DNA of 61,454 nucleotides, filler included. It is 7 parts of 7 records of this genome, joined end to end, with 100 filler letters (N's around TTAATTAATTAA, not from the genome) between each part and the next. Parts side by side here need not be neighbours in the genome. Positions count along the whole stretch, not along the records: positions 23,810 to 37,776 come from SRR31156797_6136; positions 37,877 to 44,417 come from SRR31156797_6144; 5 more parts are not named here. One strand, given 5' to 3'. Below, one piece after another: positions 30,906-38,133 of this stretch (position 1 is the stretch's first letter; every line of letters starts with the position of its first letter). The position numbers were made by a program, and so were the translations under genes. The notes beneath the pieces are model-generated. The model made no database searches. It saw only the letters and a list, made by a program, of their open reading frames with translations, and had not been told where the DNA came from.

Positions 30906-31381
30906 ATGATAATGTATCAGATAGCCGTTGCAGGGCATAAAATTGAGATTAAAAACATCGTGCAACAATACGATGAATGGGATTTCGTAACAGCGGAAGT
31001 AACGATCAACAGCGGTAAGCCGGTCGAATTCTACGCATATATTAATGATGGGGTTATTGACCGCTCTTCCGACAGCCATACAGCAACACGGATGCTGATC
31101 AGTTTGAATTCAAGGCAATGCTTGAAAGCCTGGAGGCTGAATCGGAAATCCTGCATAGAATTTCCGATGTTATCGATAAGGAAATTTCTTCACCATTGTC
31201 GGAAGAGGAAATTTCCGAAAAACTAAAATCCGCGGGCTTTAGGCTTTTGGGCCGTGACCCGTACCACAACAACGAGTGGCATGTGGCCCGGTGGATTGAT
31301 AATCATAGTTCAACGACAGTGGGGTACTACAACACCCTGAGAGAAATCGAAGCTGCGTTGACTTCAGGAGAAATGGGGTAA
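30906..31381 (+). CDS. Acidic hypothetical protein, apparently frameshifted near 31067
   Basis: GAGGAG RBS; adding one T joins ...VIDRS to FRQPYSNTDADQFEFKAMLESLEAESE...GEMG*, merging ORFs 30906 and 31118. Confidence 0.6.
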
Positions 31382-31986
31382 TGACTGACCCCCAGAACCA
31401 GAAAAGGAAAGAGGCGTACCGTGAGGCCGTGAACGCTAACGGCCTCAATAAAGCTGTTTTGACAGGTCTGCATCAAACTACGGAGAATACAGTTGATAAA
31501 TGGTTGTATTCTCAGAAACGGTATCCATCGTTTTTGGCATGTTGTGAGCTATACGCGTATTTGCGGATCATAAAAGGGGATATCCCAAATGATCTGTTTA
31601 CACTGTTTCAATCCCCTCGCCGAACAGCGCAGGCGTTTGTGAAATCCCAAAAAAAACGTAAGAGAACGGGGGGGCGCCCCCAAAAAGTCTACATTTTCGA
31701 CGGCAAAGAAATGGCAGTCAGCGAAATTGCCAAGGAGCTCGGTTTGCCACGAAAAACAACGTACGGCCGCATCTACGCTGCCAAATATACCAACATCGAC
31801 AAACCGGATGTCAGCGATATCCGACACCGGAAAAAAGTTGGCGTTACTATAGATGTAGAACAGGCACGCGCGTTGAGAAAGCAGGGGATGTCGTATGAAC
31901 AAATAGCTGAGAAATTAGGGGTAACACGACATACAGTGTATTTTCGGCTTAATTATAAGAAAATTTCTCACGTGAGGGAGGGATGA
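31381..31986 (+). CDS. Multi-HTH DNA-binding protein
   Basis: TTENTVDKWL, VSEIAKELGLPRKTTYGRI and GMSYEQIAEKLGVTRHTVYFRL HTH-like segments. Confidence 0.8.
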   Translation: MTDPQNQKRKEAYREAVNANGLNKAVLTGLHQTTENTVDKWLYSQKRYPSFLACCELYAYLRIIKGDIPNDLFTLFQSPRRTAQAFVKSQKKRKRTGGRPQKVYIFDGKEMAVSEIAKELGLPRKTTYGRIYAAKYTNIDKPDVSDIRHRKKVGVTIDVEQARALRKQGMSYEQIAEKLGVTRHTVYFRLNYKKISHVREG

Positions 31987-32174
31987 TCATAAAATACAAA
32001 TTAATCAGCGTCAAAGGGACGGAAGAATTTTCAGGGTCTGAGGCGGACGCTATTGAGGCCGCCATTGAAATGGAAGAAAATTTTCAACCCGCCTTCGGCG
32101 TGACGGTCGAGGATGCGGAAGGTGACACCGTCGCTGAAATACGCGACGGGAAATTGTATGATTGGGATGACTAA
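31983..32174 (+). CDS. Small, very acidic hypothetical protein
   Basis: GGAGGG RBS; ATGA coupling; about a quarter of residues are D/E. Confidence 0.78.
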   Translation: MIIKYKLISVKGTEEFSGSEADAIEAAIEMEENFQPAFGVTVEDAEGDTVAEIRDGKLYDWDD

Positions 32175-32207
32175 CCCCGCACACCCCCACTGGGGAAGGA
32201 GATAATC

Positions 32208-32639
32208 ATGGATTGGGCGCAAGAATTAATAGAGGATATTAAAGAAAAGGACCTGGCAGGATTTGAAGCGACAGATAGATTCTGCATTGCATACAAGGAT
32301 GGCGATTCAACGGATGCATGGGAAAAATTAGAGAAAGAGTCAATCCAGAAAGAAGACTTTGAAGGTTATATCCTCCTGCTTTTTGAGGATGGTTCGTGTT
32401 TCGCAGAGTGGAACGAAGGGACGGATAAATTTTATTCCCATGTGGGGGATTTGGAAGCGGAAGATGATGATGTTGAAAAACGGTTATCGCCATACCTGTA
32501 CGACGAAGACAATTTTATTGAAGCCCGGTGGACCCCTAACGGATCCATCGAATACCGTGTAAAGGAGCGTAATGACGGGTGGCAAATTACACCGCTTCAA
32601 GAGCACCCGGGAGAAAGTGTGTTGGAGTGGTTGCCGTAA
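32208..32639 (+). CDS. Very acidic hypothetical protein
   Basis: AAGGAG RBS; about a quarter of residues are D/E. Confidence 0.8.
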   Translation: MDWAQELIEDIKEKDLAGFEATDRFCIAYKDGDSTDAWEKLEKESIQKEDFEGYILLLFEDGSCFAEWNEGTDKFYSHVGDLEAEDDDVEKRLSPYLYDEDNFIEARWTPNGSIEYRVKERNDGWQITPLQEHPGESVLEWLP

Positions 32640-32676
32640 ACCACCGAATTGTTTTTACCGAAAGGAGACCTTTGGG

Positions 32677-33429
32677 ATGAATGATTTAATTACAATCGGC
32701 AATAATGGACGAGAAATTTCGGATACAAACTATTTCGATACCGAGCACGCAGCTCAGGGGTTTTTCTTCGCTTCTACGAACGCAGGCGCTGTTCGCCTGC
32801 TGGTGCCCGATTCTCAAATTGCCGTTATCACTGAATTTAAAACGGCCGAATACGTGATCTTATCCCGTGGTCCTTGGCCGGACCTTGGCTTTCGTCGTCC
32901 TGAAGGAATTGAATTGTTGTTCGAGGATTATAGCGATAACCCATTTGCGTTACATATGCCCCCCGAACAATTTGACATGCTCCCGGATGGAATAGGGGAG
33001 TGGGTTTTTGCGGTATGGACACGCAACGGCAAGCAATTTGAGTGTCCGTTAAAATATCGGAAAGTAGACCGAATTCCGTACATGAAAGAATGGATAGTGA
33101 AACGGGTTTTCCCGTTGAGAGTAGTATTGTCCGTAACGACAAAGCATTTGTTGACAGAGCCTGAAAATGACAAGGATAACGGAATAGGCGATATTGTCGA
33201 ATTAATTAGCTATATGGTGGGCATGAAGCTTTTTGATAGCCAATTGCCCAGTTTTGCGGAAAAATGCAGGACGGCTTTGTTATCTCAATATCCGGATCTG
33301 GCCTATGTTGATGATAAAGTGATTAATTCAATAAAGGCCGTTAATCCGGAAAATTGGATTAAGGTTTTGCTTGACAAATGTACGTCTGAATTCGGTTTAA
33401 AAGCAGAATATGAGGTGGATAAAATCTAA
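32677..33429 (+). CDS. Two-domain mobile-element hypothetical protein
   Basis: AAGGAG RBS before MNDLITI; N-domain TNYFDTEHA..NAGAVRLLVPD..ILSRGPW..ELLFED; C-domain FPLRVVLSVTT..QLP..LLSQYPDL. Confidence 0.78.
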   Translation: MNDLITIGNNGREISDTNYFDTEHAAQGFFFASTNAGAVRLLVPDSQIAVITEFKTAEYVILSRGPWPDLGFRRPEGIELLFEDYSDNPFALHMPPEQFDMLPDGIGEWVFAVWTRNGKQFECPLKYRKVDRIPYMKEWIVKRVFPLRVVLSVTTKHLLTEPENDKDNGIGDIVELISYMVGMKLFDSQLPSFAEKCRTALLSQYPDLAYVDDKVINSIKAVNPENWIKVLLDKCTSEFGLKAEYEVDKI

Positions 33430-34187
33430 TGAGACCTGTCGAACATTTGAACGATATCGAGGGAAGATATCCCAACGCTTGGAAATTGGTTGACAAGTTC
33501 CGTCGTGACCGGGGGAAAACCCTCCCGAATTGGCCGGAATGGTGTTTTCTACCAATGTCCGGTTGGTACGCAATTGTCAGCGATGTAGGTGATAAGTTAA
33601 CTGTGCCGTTCGATAGGGCTCTCGATATAGGGCGCCTTGCCGCTCTTGGGACATGGCGATATTCTCAAGGCGTTTACCGTTTTGATTCGAATATTTTTGA
33701 TACGCTGTGGAAGACCCCAATTACGGGAAATCTTCCAACGAATATGTTTTTAAGATTGCCGGAATGGTGTTTATATATCGAAATTCCAGGGCAAAAGAAT
33801 ATGCATGGTTTCTGGGTCCACCTGGAATCGGACACAAAAGATCATCGCAAAGAGTTACGGCTTTTAATGGACCTTGACGACGGGTTAATGCCGATGCCGA
33901 TACATATCGGTGATTGGCCCCTGGAAACCGCAATAAAAAAAGCTATTGTGGAAAGTTATCACCACATTCCGATGAAAACCACGATGGAAGTTCCGGGGAA
34001 GGACATAATGAAAGCATTTTCTGAAAGTATGGCACCGATGGTTTCCTTAGTCCTTTATCTCTGTTCAGAAAAACCGGATTTCGGAAAACCCACCCGCCCG
34101 GGGGTAAAAAAACACGGGTCTCGTTTGTTTCCGGCAAAAGGCCCCACTATTTGGCATATCGGTGATGAAAAACGGAAAAACCATTAG
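33429..34187 (+). CDS. AcrVA2/FinQ-family-like protein, C-terminally shortened
   Basis: Colinear motifs LGTWRYSQGVYRFD, PTNMFLRLPEWCLYIE, HGFW, LVLYLCSEKPD and PTIWHIG match my recollection of AcrVA2 (YGAWRNTLGIYQLD, PTSIFLNLPDWCVYVD, KGFW, LLWLCVAEPD, PFIYQIG). Confidence 0.72.
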   Translation: MRPVEHLNDIEGRYPNAWKLVDKFRRDRGKTLPNWPEWCFLPMSGWYAIVSDVGDKLTVPFDRALDIGRLAALGTWRYSQGVYRFDSNIFDTLWKTPITGNLPTNMFLRLPEWCLYIEIPGQKNMHGFWVHLESDTKDHRKELRLLMDLDDGLMPMPIHIGDWPLETAIKKAIVESYHHIPMKTTMEVPGKDIMKAFSESMAPMVSLVLYLCSEKPDFGKPTRPGVKKHGSRLFPAKGPTIWHIGDEKRKNH

Positions 34188-34223
34188 GGATAAGTATGGT
34201 GAAAAGCGCCTCTGTTGAAAGAT

Positions 34224-34260
34224 TTATTCGTGATTTGTAAAAAAAAACCCTTAATACATA
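34224..34260 (+). repeat. 37-bp conserved upstream motif, copy 2
   Basis: TTATTCGTGATTTGTAAAAAAAAACCCTTAATACATA. Confidence 0.85.
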
Positions 34261-34295
34261 TACAGAACGATAAAAATCTAAAAGGGAGAAATATT

Positions 34296-34580
34296 ATGAA
34301 ATACGAAGTTTCTCAGATATTTGCAAGCCTTGGAGACCCAAGTACCAAAACATTTGATAGCTGGGTGGCCGCTCAACACTATGCCAATGAATTAAAAGCC
34401 GACATAACGGACATGATTTCAGGTTGGGAAAACGCCCCCGCAAGTCAAGTCGGTTTTTCAAATGAATTTGAGGCATGGGACGAAGCTTACGAAATGTCCG
34501 ATGGTGGTGTGTTCTTTTCAGGGGCCGCTGCTCAAATGATCGCAAAAAAAGCAATTAAGATCGAAAAATTTAATGATTAA
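34296..34580 (+). CDS. Small acidic hypothetical protein
   Basis: AAGGGAG RBS before MKYEVSQ; lies downstream of motif copy 2. Confidence 0.78.
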   Translation: MKYEVSQIFASLGDPSTKTFDSWVAAQHYANELKADITDMISGWENAPASQVGFSNEFEAWDEAYEMSDGGVFFSGAAAQMIAKKAIKIEKFND

Positions 34581-34649
34581 CCCCGTTCCCCACCACCGAT
34601 GGTGGGGCATTTACATAAATTATAGGTATGCAACCGCTTTTCTCCTTAT

Positions 34650-34687
34650 CCCCCCGGATCCGAAGCTGATCCGGGGGGGTCTTTTCT
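34650..34687 (+). terminator. GC-rich terminator hairpin
   Basis: CCCCCCGGATC-cgaagct-GATCCGGGGGG followed by GTCTTTTCT. Confidence 0.75.
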
Positions 34688-34722
34688 CGTTTATAGTCCG
34701 GTTTTTTTAAAGGCAAAAAAAC

Positions 34723-35073
34723 GTGTTAACTGCTGAAGATTTTAAACCAGAAATTTTATGTAAAAAATTTCTTACTTGGTATCAGGAAAGAGAAGATTTT
34801 ATCGAAAAATCCGAATACCGGGAAGATCAACGGTATACTGTTTATATCTTCAGAAAGGATAAATATGGCGCCTATCTTTTGCGCGGGGGAAAACTTTGCT
34901 GGTCCGATGTTCCAGAAGACCAGCTCAATTATAATCGCATCCAGCAAAACGACCTTTTCATAAATTCTAAAAAACTCGGCAAAGTGGTTGTCTATGATCG
35001 ACAAGGTTCAGGAACAACCCTTGTCGGAAAATCCTTCGAATCAGCGATTGAAAAGATTAATCGTGATTTGTAA
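34723..35073 (+). CDS. Hypothetical protein
   Basis: 116-aa ORF with GTG start; its stop lies within partial motif copy 3. Confidence 0.6.
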   Translation: MLTAEDFKPEILCKKFLTWYQEREDFIEKSEYREDQRYTVYIFRKDKYGAYLLRGGKLCWSDVPEDQLNYNRIQQNDLFINSKKLGKVVVYDRQGSGTTLVGKSFESAIEKINRDL

Positions 35074-35077
35074 AAAA
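35055..35077 (+). repeat. Partial third copy of the conserved motif
   Basis: GATTAATCGTGATTTGTAAAAAA. Confidence 0.65.
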
Positions 35078-35445
35078 GAGAATGATTCTGGAAACCACGA
35101 GTGCTTAACCACCATAAAAATTAACAAAATTTTTATAGCCAAAAAAAGTGTATCTGTACGTTGTCACTCCCATAACAAAAACTTATTAAAACAGAGGCAA
35201 TAATTTCTTGACAAAATGGTTGAATCGATAGACGATCGTTATGTTGTGTTGATATAAATATTAGATTATTTTTTGATCGGAATACGTTGCGATAATATTA
35301 AAGGTAAAATATCCAAAAAAAACAATAAACCCGGATTTCAGATATTCCTAAATAAAATTCCGTACTTAAAACTTTGGAAGGATGTCTAATAATATAGTTT
35401 CGATTCAATTTTTGATTTAATGAAAAAAATAAAGGAGCCATAAAA

Positions 35446-35823
35446 ATGAACATCTCACCAGGAACTATAAAAAAAATGTATATCCCGCAGAACAAATTAG
35501 TTATTTTTACGGTTATCGGGTTGTCGACTTTTGATCAGTTTATGAATATTGCAGTTTCGTTTTTTGAAAAAAAAATCTTAAAACGGGTGATATGGGATTT
35601 TCGTCATGGCGCAGTTGGGCCATTTTCATCTCAACAACTGGATTCCCTGTTTTTAGCGAAAAATACAAAAAAGGATTTAAAATGCTTTATCATTGCTCCG
35701 GAAAATAAAACTTATCAAACAGAGGACAATTTCCGCTTACTTAACAAAATGAAAGATCTTCCGGTGAATGTTAAAGTAGGACGTAATGTAACGTTTGAAG
35801 AACGTACTTGGTTATTTTCGTAA
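35446..35823 (+). CDS. Small alpha/beta (STAS/SEC14-like) hypothetical protein
   Basis: AAGGAG RBS; VIWDFR and FIIAP strand pattern. Confidence 0.55.
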   Translation: MNISPGTIKKMYIPQNKLVIFTVIGLSTFDQFMNIAVSFFEKKILKRVIWDFRHGAVGPFSSQQLDSLFLAKNTKKDLKCFIIAPENKTYQTEDNFRLLNKMKDLPVNVKVGRNVTFEERTWLFS

Positions 35824-35845
35824 AATTCTTTTAGGGGAAGCAACA

Positions 35846-36427
35846 ATGCAAAGTTCAAACGCCGCTTATTCTCTAAAACCCCTTGAAATTAAAAAACTGA
35901 TTCGGGCCTGTAGGACGCTTCGGGAAAGAATTATCATCAAACTCATGGCCTATTCAGGATTACGCCGTGAAGAGGTGGCCAACCTCAAAATCGAAAAAAT
36001 TGATTGGGAAAGGAATCGGATTAGTTTTATCGGAAAATATCGTCTCGATGGGTCGGTCCCGATTGCTCCGGACCTCATGCAGGACATCCTGTTTTACCTG
36101 GCCGGCAGAAAAGAGGGGCCGGTTTTCCCTTCGAGAAAAAATAAAAAGAACTGCATTTGTCTGGTTCAGATTAATCGGATCGTTTCTGATATTGGGGTCA
36201 GAGCCAAAATCAAAAGTCCGAATCCTAAAAGTAAGACGCGCCATGTAACGCCTCATTTACTCAGGCATTCCTTTGCGCGTATGGCTAAAGATTCGGGATT
36301 AACGACGGAGGACGTTCAAAAGTTGCTCCGTCATAGCTCATTTGCTACAACGATGAACCTTTACGGCACAAAATCTTTTTCGGATGTTCAGGAAAGTTAT
36401 GAAGAAAAATTCCTGAACTATATGTGA
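35846..36427 (+). CDS. Tyrosine recombinase (catalytic domain only)
   Basis: SGLRREE, PHLLRHSFA and LRHSS.ATTMNLY catalytic motifs; start reassigned to MQSSN. Confidence 0.93.
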   Translation: MQSSNAAYSLKPLEIKKLIRACRTLRERIIIKLMAYSGLRREEVANLKIEKIDWERNRISFIGKYRLDGSVPIAPDLMQDILFYLAGRKEGPVFPSRKNKKNCICLVQINRIVSDIGVRAKIKSPNPKSKTRHVTPHLLRHSFARMAKDSGLTTEDVQKLLRHSSFATTMNLYGTKSFSDVQESYEEKFLNYM

Positions 36428-36526
36428 CCAAAAAGCCTCAGGGCCCCAAATGCGGTTTTTCGGGGCTTTTTTCAAATAAAAATGTTTATTTTAAGCGGGT
36501 TATCATATGGTCCCTTTGATTAAAAA

Positions 36527-36820
36527 ATGATCATTTCTAATAATCCAAAATGGCCGGACTCTAAGCCCATGTGGGTGGTGATGCGGGAAAAAGAACGCAA
36601 CTCTAAAACGGAGAATACACCCGAATCAATGAGGCAAAAGCTTCGGGCTTTTCGGCAGGCCTATCCCTGGGCGTCCAGGTGGCAATGTGTTTTAGCGGTA
36701 AAATTAAGTGACTGCAAAACAAGAGAAGAATTTGAACAAAAAATCGAAAATTTCAGAGACCAGCAAAAGTATGTTTTGTCTAAGATTTTCGAGAACGCGT
36801 GGAAAGAGATACCAAAATGA
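36527..36820 (+). CDS. Hypothetical protein
   Basis: 97-aa ORF; stop overlaps the next ATG. Confidence 0.55.
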   Translation: MIISNNPKWPDSKPMWVVMREKERNSKTENTPESMRQKLRAFRQAYPWASRWQCVLAVKLSDCKTREEFEQKIENFRDQQKYVLSKIFENAWKEIPK

Positions 36821-37137
36821 AATTCTTAACCGACGTAAAAGAAAAACGATTTATTTGTCTCGAATGTCACGCAACGGCCCGTGTTGTCACTCTTGAAGAA
36901 ATAGATGTGGCCTGGTGTGATACTTTCGAATGTGTCAACAACAACACAATGGTTAATTTAGACGGTCGGTGGGAAGAATTCGAACATGAAGATATTTTCG
37001 AATTAGACGAAATCCAAGGCCTGTTGTTCAAAGAGGTCTTCGTTAATTCGTGGGAGAACCGAGTCCAGGGTAACTCTTCAAAAGCCGCTCGGCCTCGCTC
37101 CCATCTGTCTCTTGTGAGTCCACATATAAGAATCTAG
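36817..37137 (+). CDS. Hypothetical protein with CxxC motif
   Basis: ATGA coupling at MKFLTDV; CLECH. Confidence 0.55.
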   Translation: MKFLTDVKEKRFICLECHATARVVTLEEIDVAWCDTFECVNNNTMVNLDGRWEEFEHEDIFELDEIQGLLFKEVFVNSWENRVQGNSSKAARPRSHLSLVSPHIRI

Positions 37138-37163
37138 ATCCGAGCACCCCTTCATCCGGATTT

Positions 37164-37421
37164 ATGATCACCGCCGTTTGGCATGGCCTGGAACCGGTTG
37201 CCATGCTTTCGGAGAGATCGTCGCCCCCGATAATTGTAATCAAAAATTTACCTTTTTCGGTAGAAAAATCACCCCTGTTTTTAACTCAAAAACACTCAAA
37301 ATTCGAAGCCCCCTATTATAAAGGAGTACTTCTTTATAATAGGGGAACTTTTTTTCAGCCTGTGGCCATCTTTATTGGGCCGCTCGATCCATCGACCGTT
37401 TATCAATCGTTTGCAACATGA
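37164..37421 (+). CDS. Hypothetical protein
   Basis: 85-aa ORF on the element's coding strand. Confidence 0.4.
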   Translation: MITAVWHGLEPVAMLSERSSPPIIVIKNLPFSVEKSPLFLTQKHSKFEAPYYKGVLLYNRGTFFQPVAIFIGPLDPSTVYQSFAT

Positions 37422-37526
37422 AACGTCCTGGCGCGGTCCATTTTAGCATCGCCGCGAGCGACAACATTGTGAAAATCGCTAATTATATCCAATCAAAATG
37501 ATTTAAAATCGAAGAGGTTTTGTAAA

Positions 37527-37776
37527 ATGAAAGGCATACGCGAAAAAATTATATCTTTGTTTGAAATGGATGTGGCAGGTCGGGGTTATTGTTCCAAAGA
37601 AATCCACGAACTTTTCGGTTTTAGTCGAAGTAGAATCGATGAAATCTTGTCCGATCTTTTCAAGAAAGGCTGGTTGATCCAAAAAGACCCAAGCAAAATA
37701 AGGGGTAAAAATCGGAATATTTTGTATAAAAAACCCGGTCTTATTTCCGGTCTTATTTCCGGTCTTAACCCGGTCT
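37527..37776 (+). CDS. Winged-HTH protein (3'-truncated), running into tandem repeats
   Basis: GAGG RBS; SKEIHELFGFSRSRIDEILSDLFKKGWL. Confidence 0.7.
37735..37776 (+). repeat. ~12-bp tandem repeats at the contig end
   Basis: CCGGTCTTATTT CCGGTCTTATTT CCGGTCTTAAC CCGGTCT. Confidence 0.8.
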
Positions 37777-37876
37777 NNNNNNNNNNNNNNNNNNNNNNNN
37801 NNNNNNNNNNNNNNNNNNNNTTAATTAATTAANNNNNNNNNNNNNNNNNNNNNNNNNNNNNNNNNNNNNNNNNNNN
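37777..37876. other. Artificial contig spacer
   Basis: N-run + TTAATTAATTAA + N-run. Confidence 0.98.
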
Positions 37877-37901
37877 TAGGTTCAAGTCCTAGAGGGGGAG
37901 C
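37877..37901 (+). tRNA. 3' fragment of a tRNA (probably tRNA-Asn)
   Basis: TAGG-TTCAAGT-CCTAG T-arm, acceptor strand AGGGGGA and discriminator G; anticodon not visible; followed by a terminator-like hairpin. Confidence 0.7.
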
Positions 37902-38133
37902 AACAAAAAAGAGATTCAATTAATTTTGGGTCTCTTTTTTTGTTTTAGATACTCGATCAGGTATACTGCAAAACTTCTTCATAGGTTGTTTCTTTTTATT
38001 TTTTTAACGCTTGCTTTATCTAAGGCGTTTGTTCTCAGTTTTTTAATTTCCAAAAGATGATTGATGTTTATTCTCTAAAAAAGGCCTGAAAAATGTTTTA
38101 TCTTCGTAAGCTCAAACACAATTACAGAATACA

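Larger units (their letters stand above)
23810..37776 (+). mobile_element. Plasmid- or phage-satellite-like mobile element (entire contig)
   Basis: No housekeeping genes; all credible ORFs on + strand; rep-like wHTH gene, tyrosine recombinase, excisionase-like HTH, S74 chaperone domain and many small orphans. Confidence 0.8.

Noticed and set aside
27703-35077. 37-bp repeat as a CRISPR repeat
   Set aside because: Copies are kilobases apart, there are no regular spacers and no cas genes.
23810-37776. Prophage, integron, retron or DGR
   Set aside because: No terminase/capsid/portal, no attC-like structures or IntI-length integrase, and no reverse transcriptase recognisable.
35846-37901. Recombinase near a tRNA 3' end as an att site
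   Set aside because: The tRNA fragment is across a spacer on an unrelated contig.
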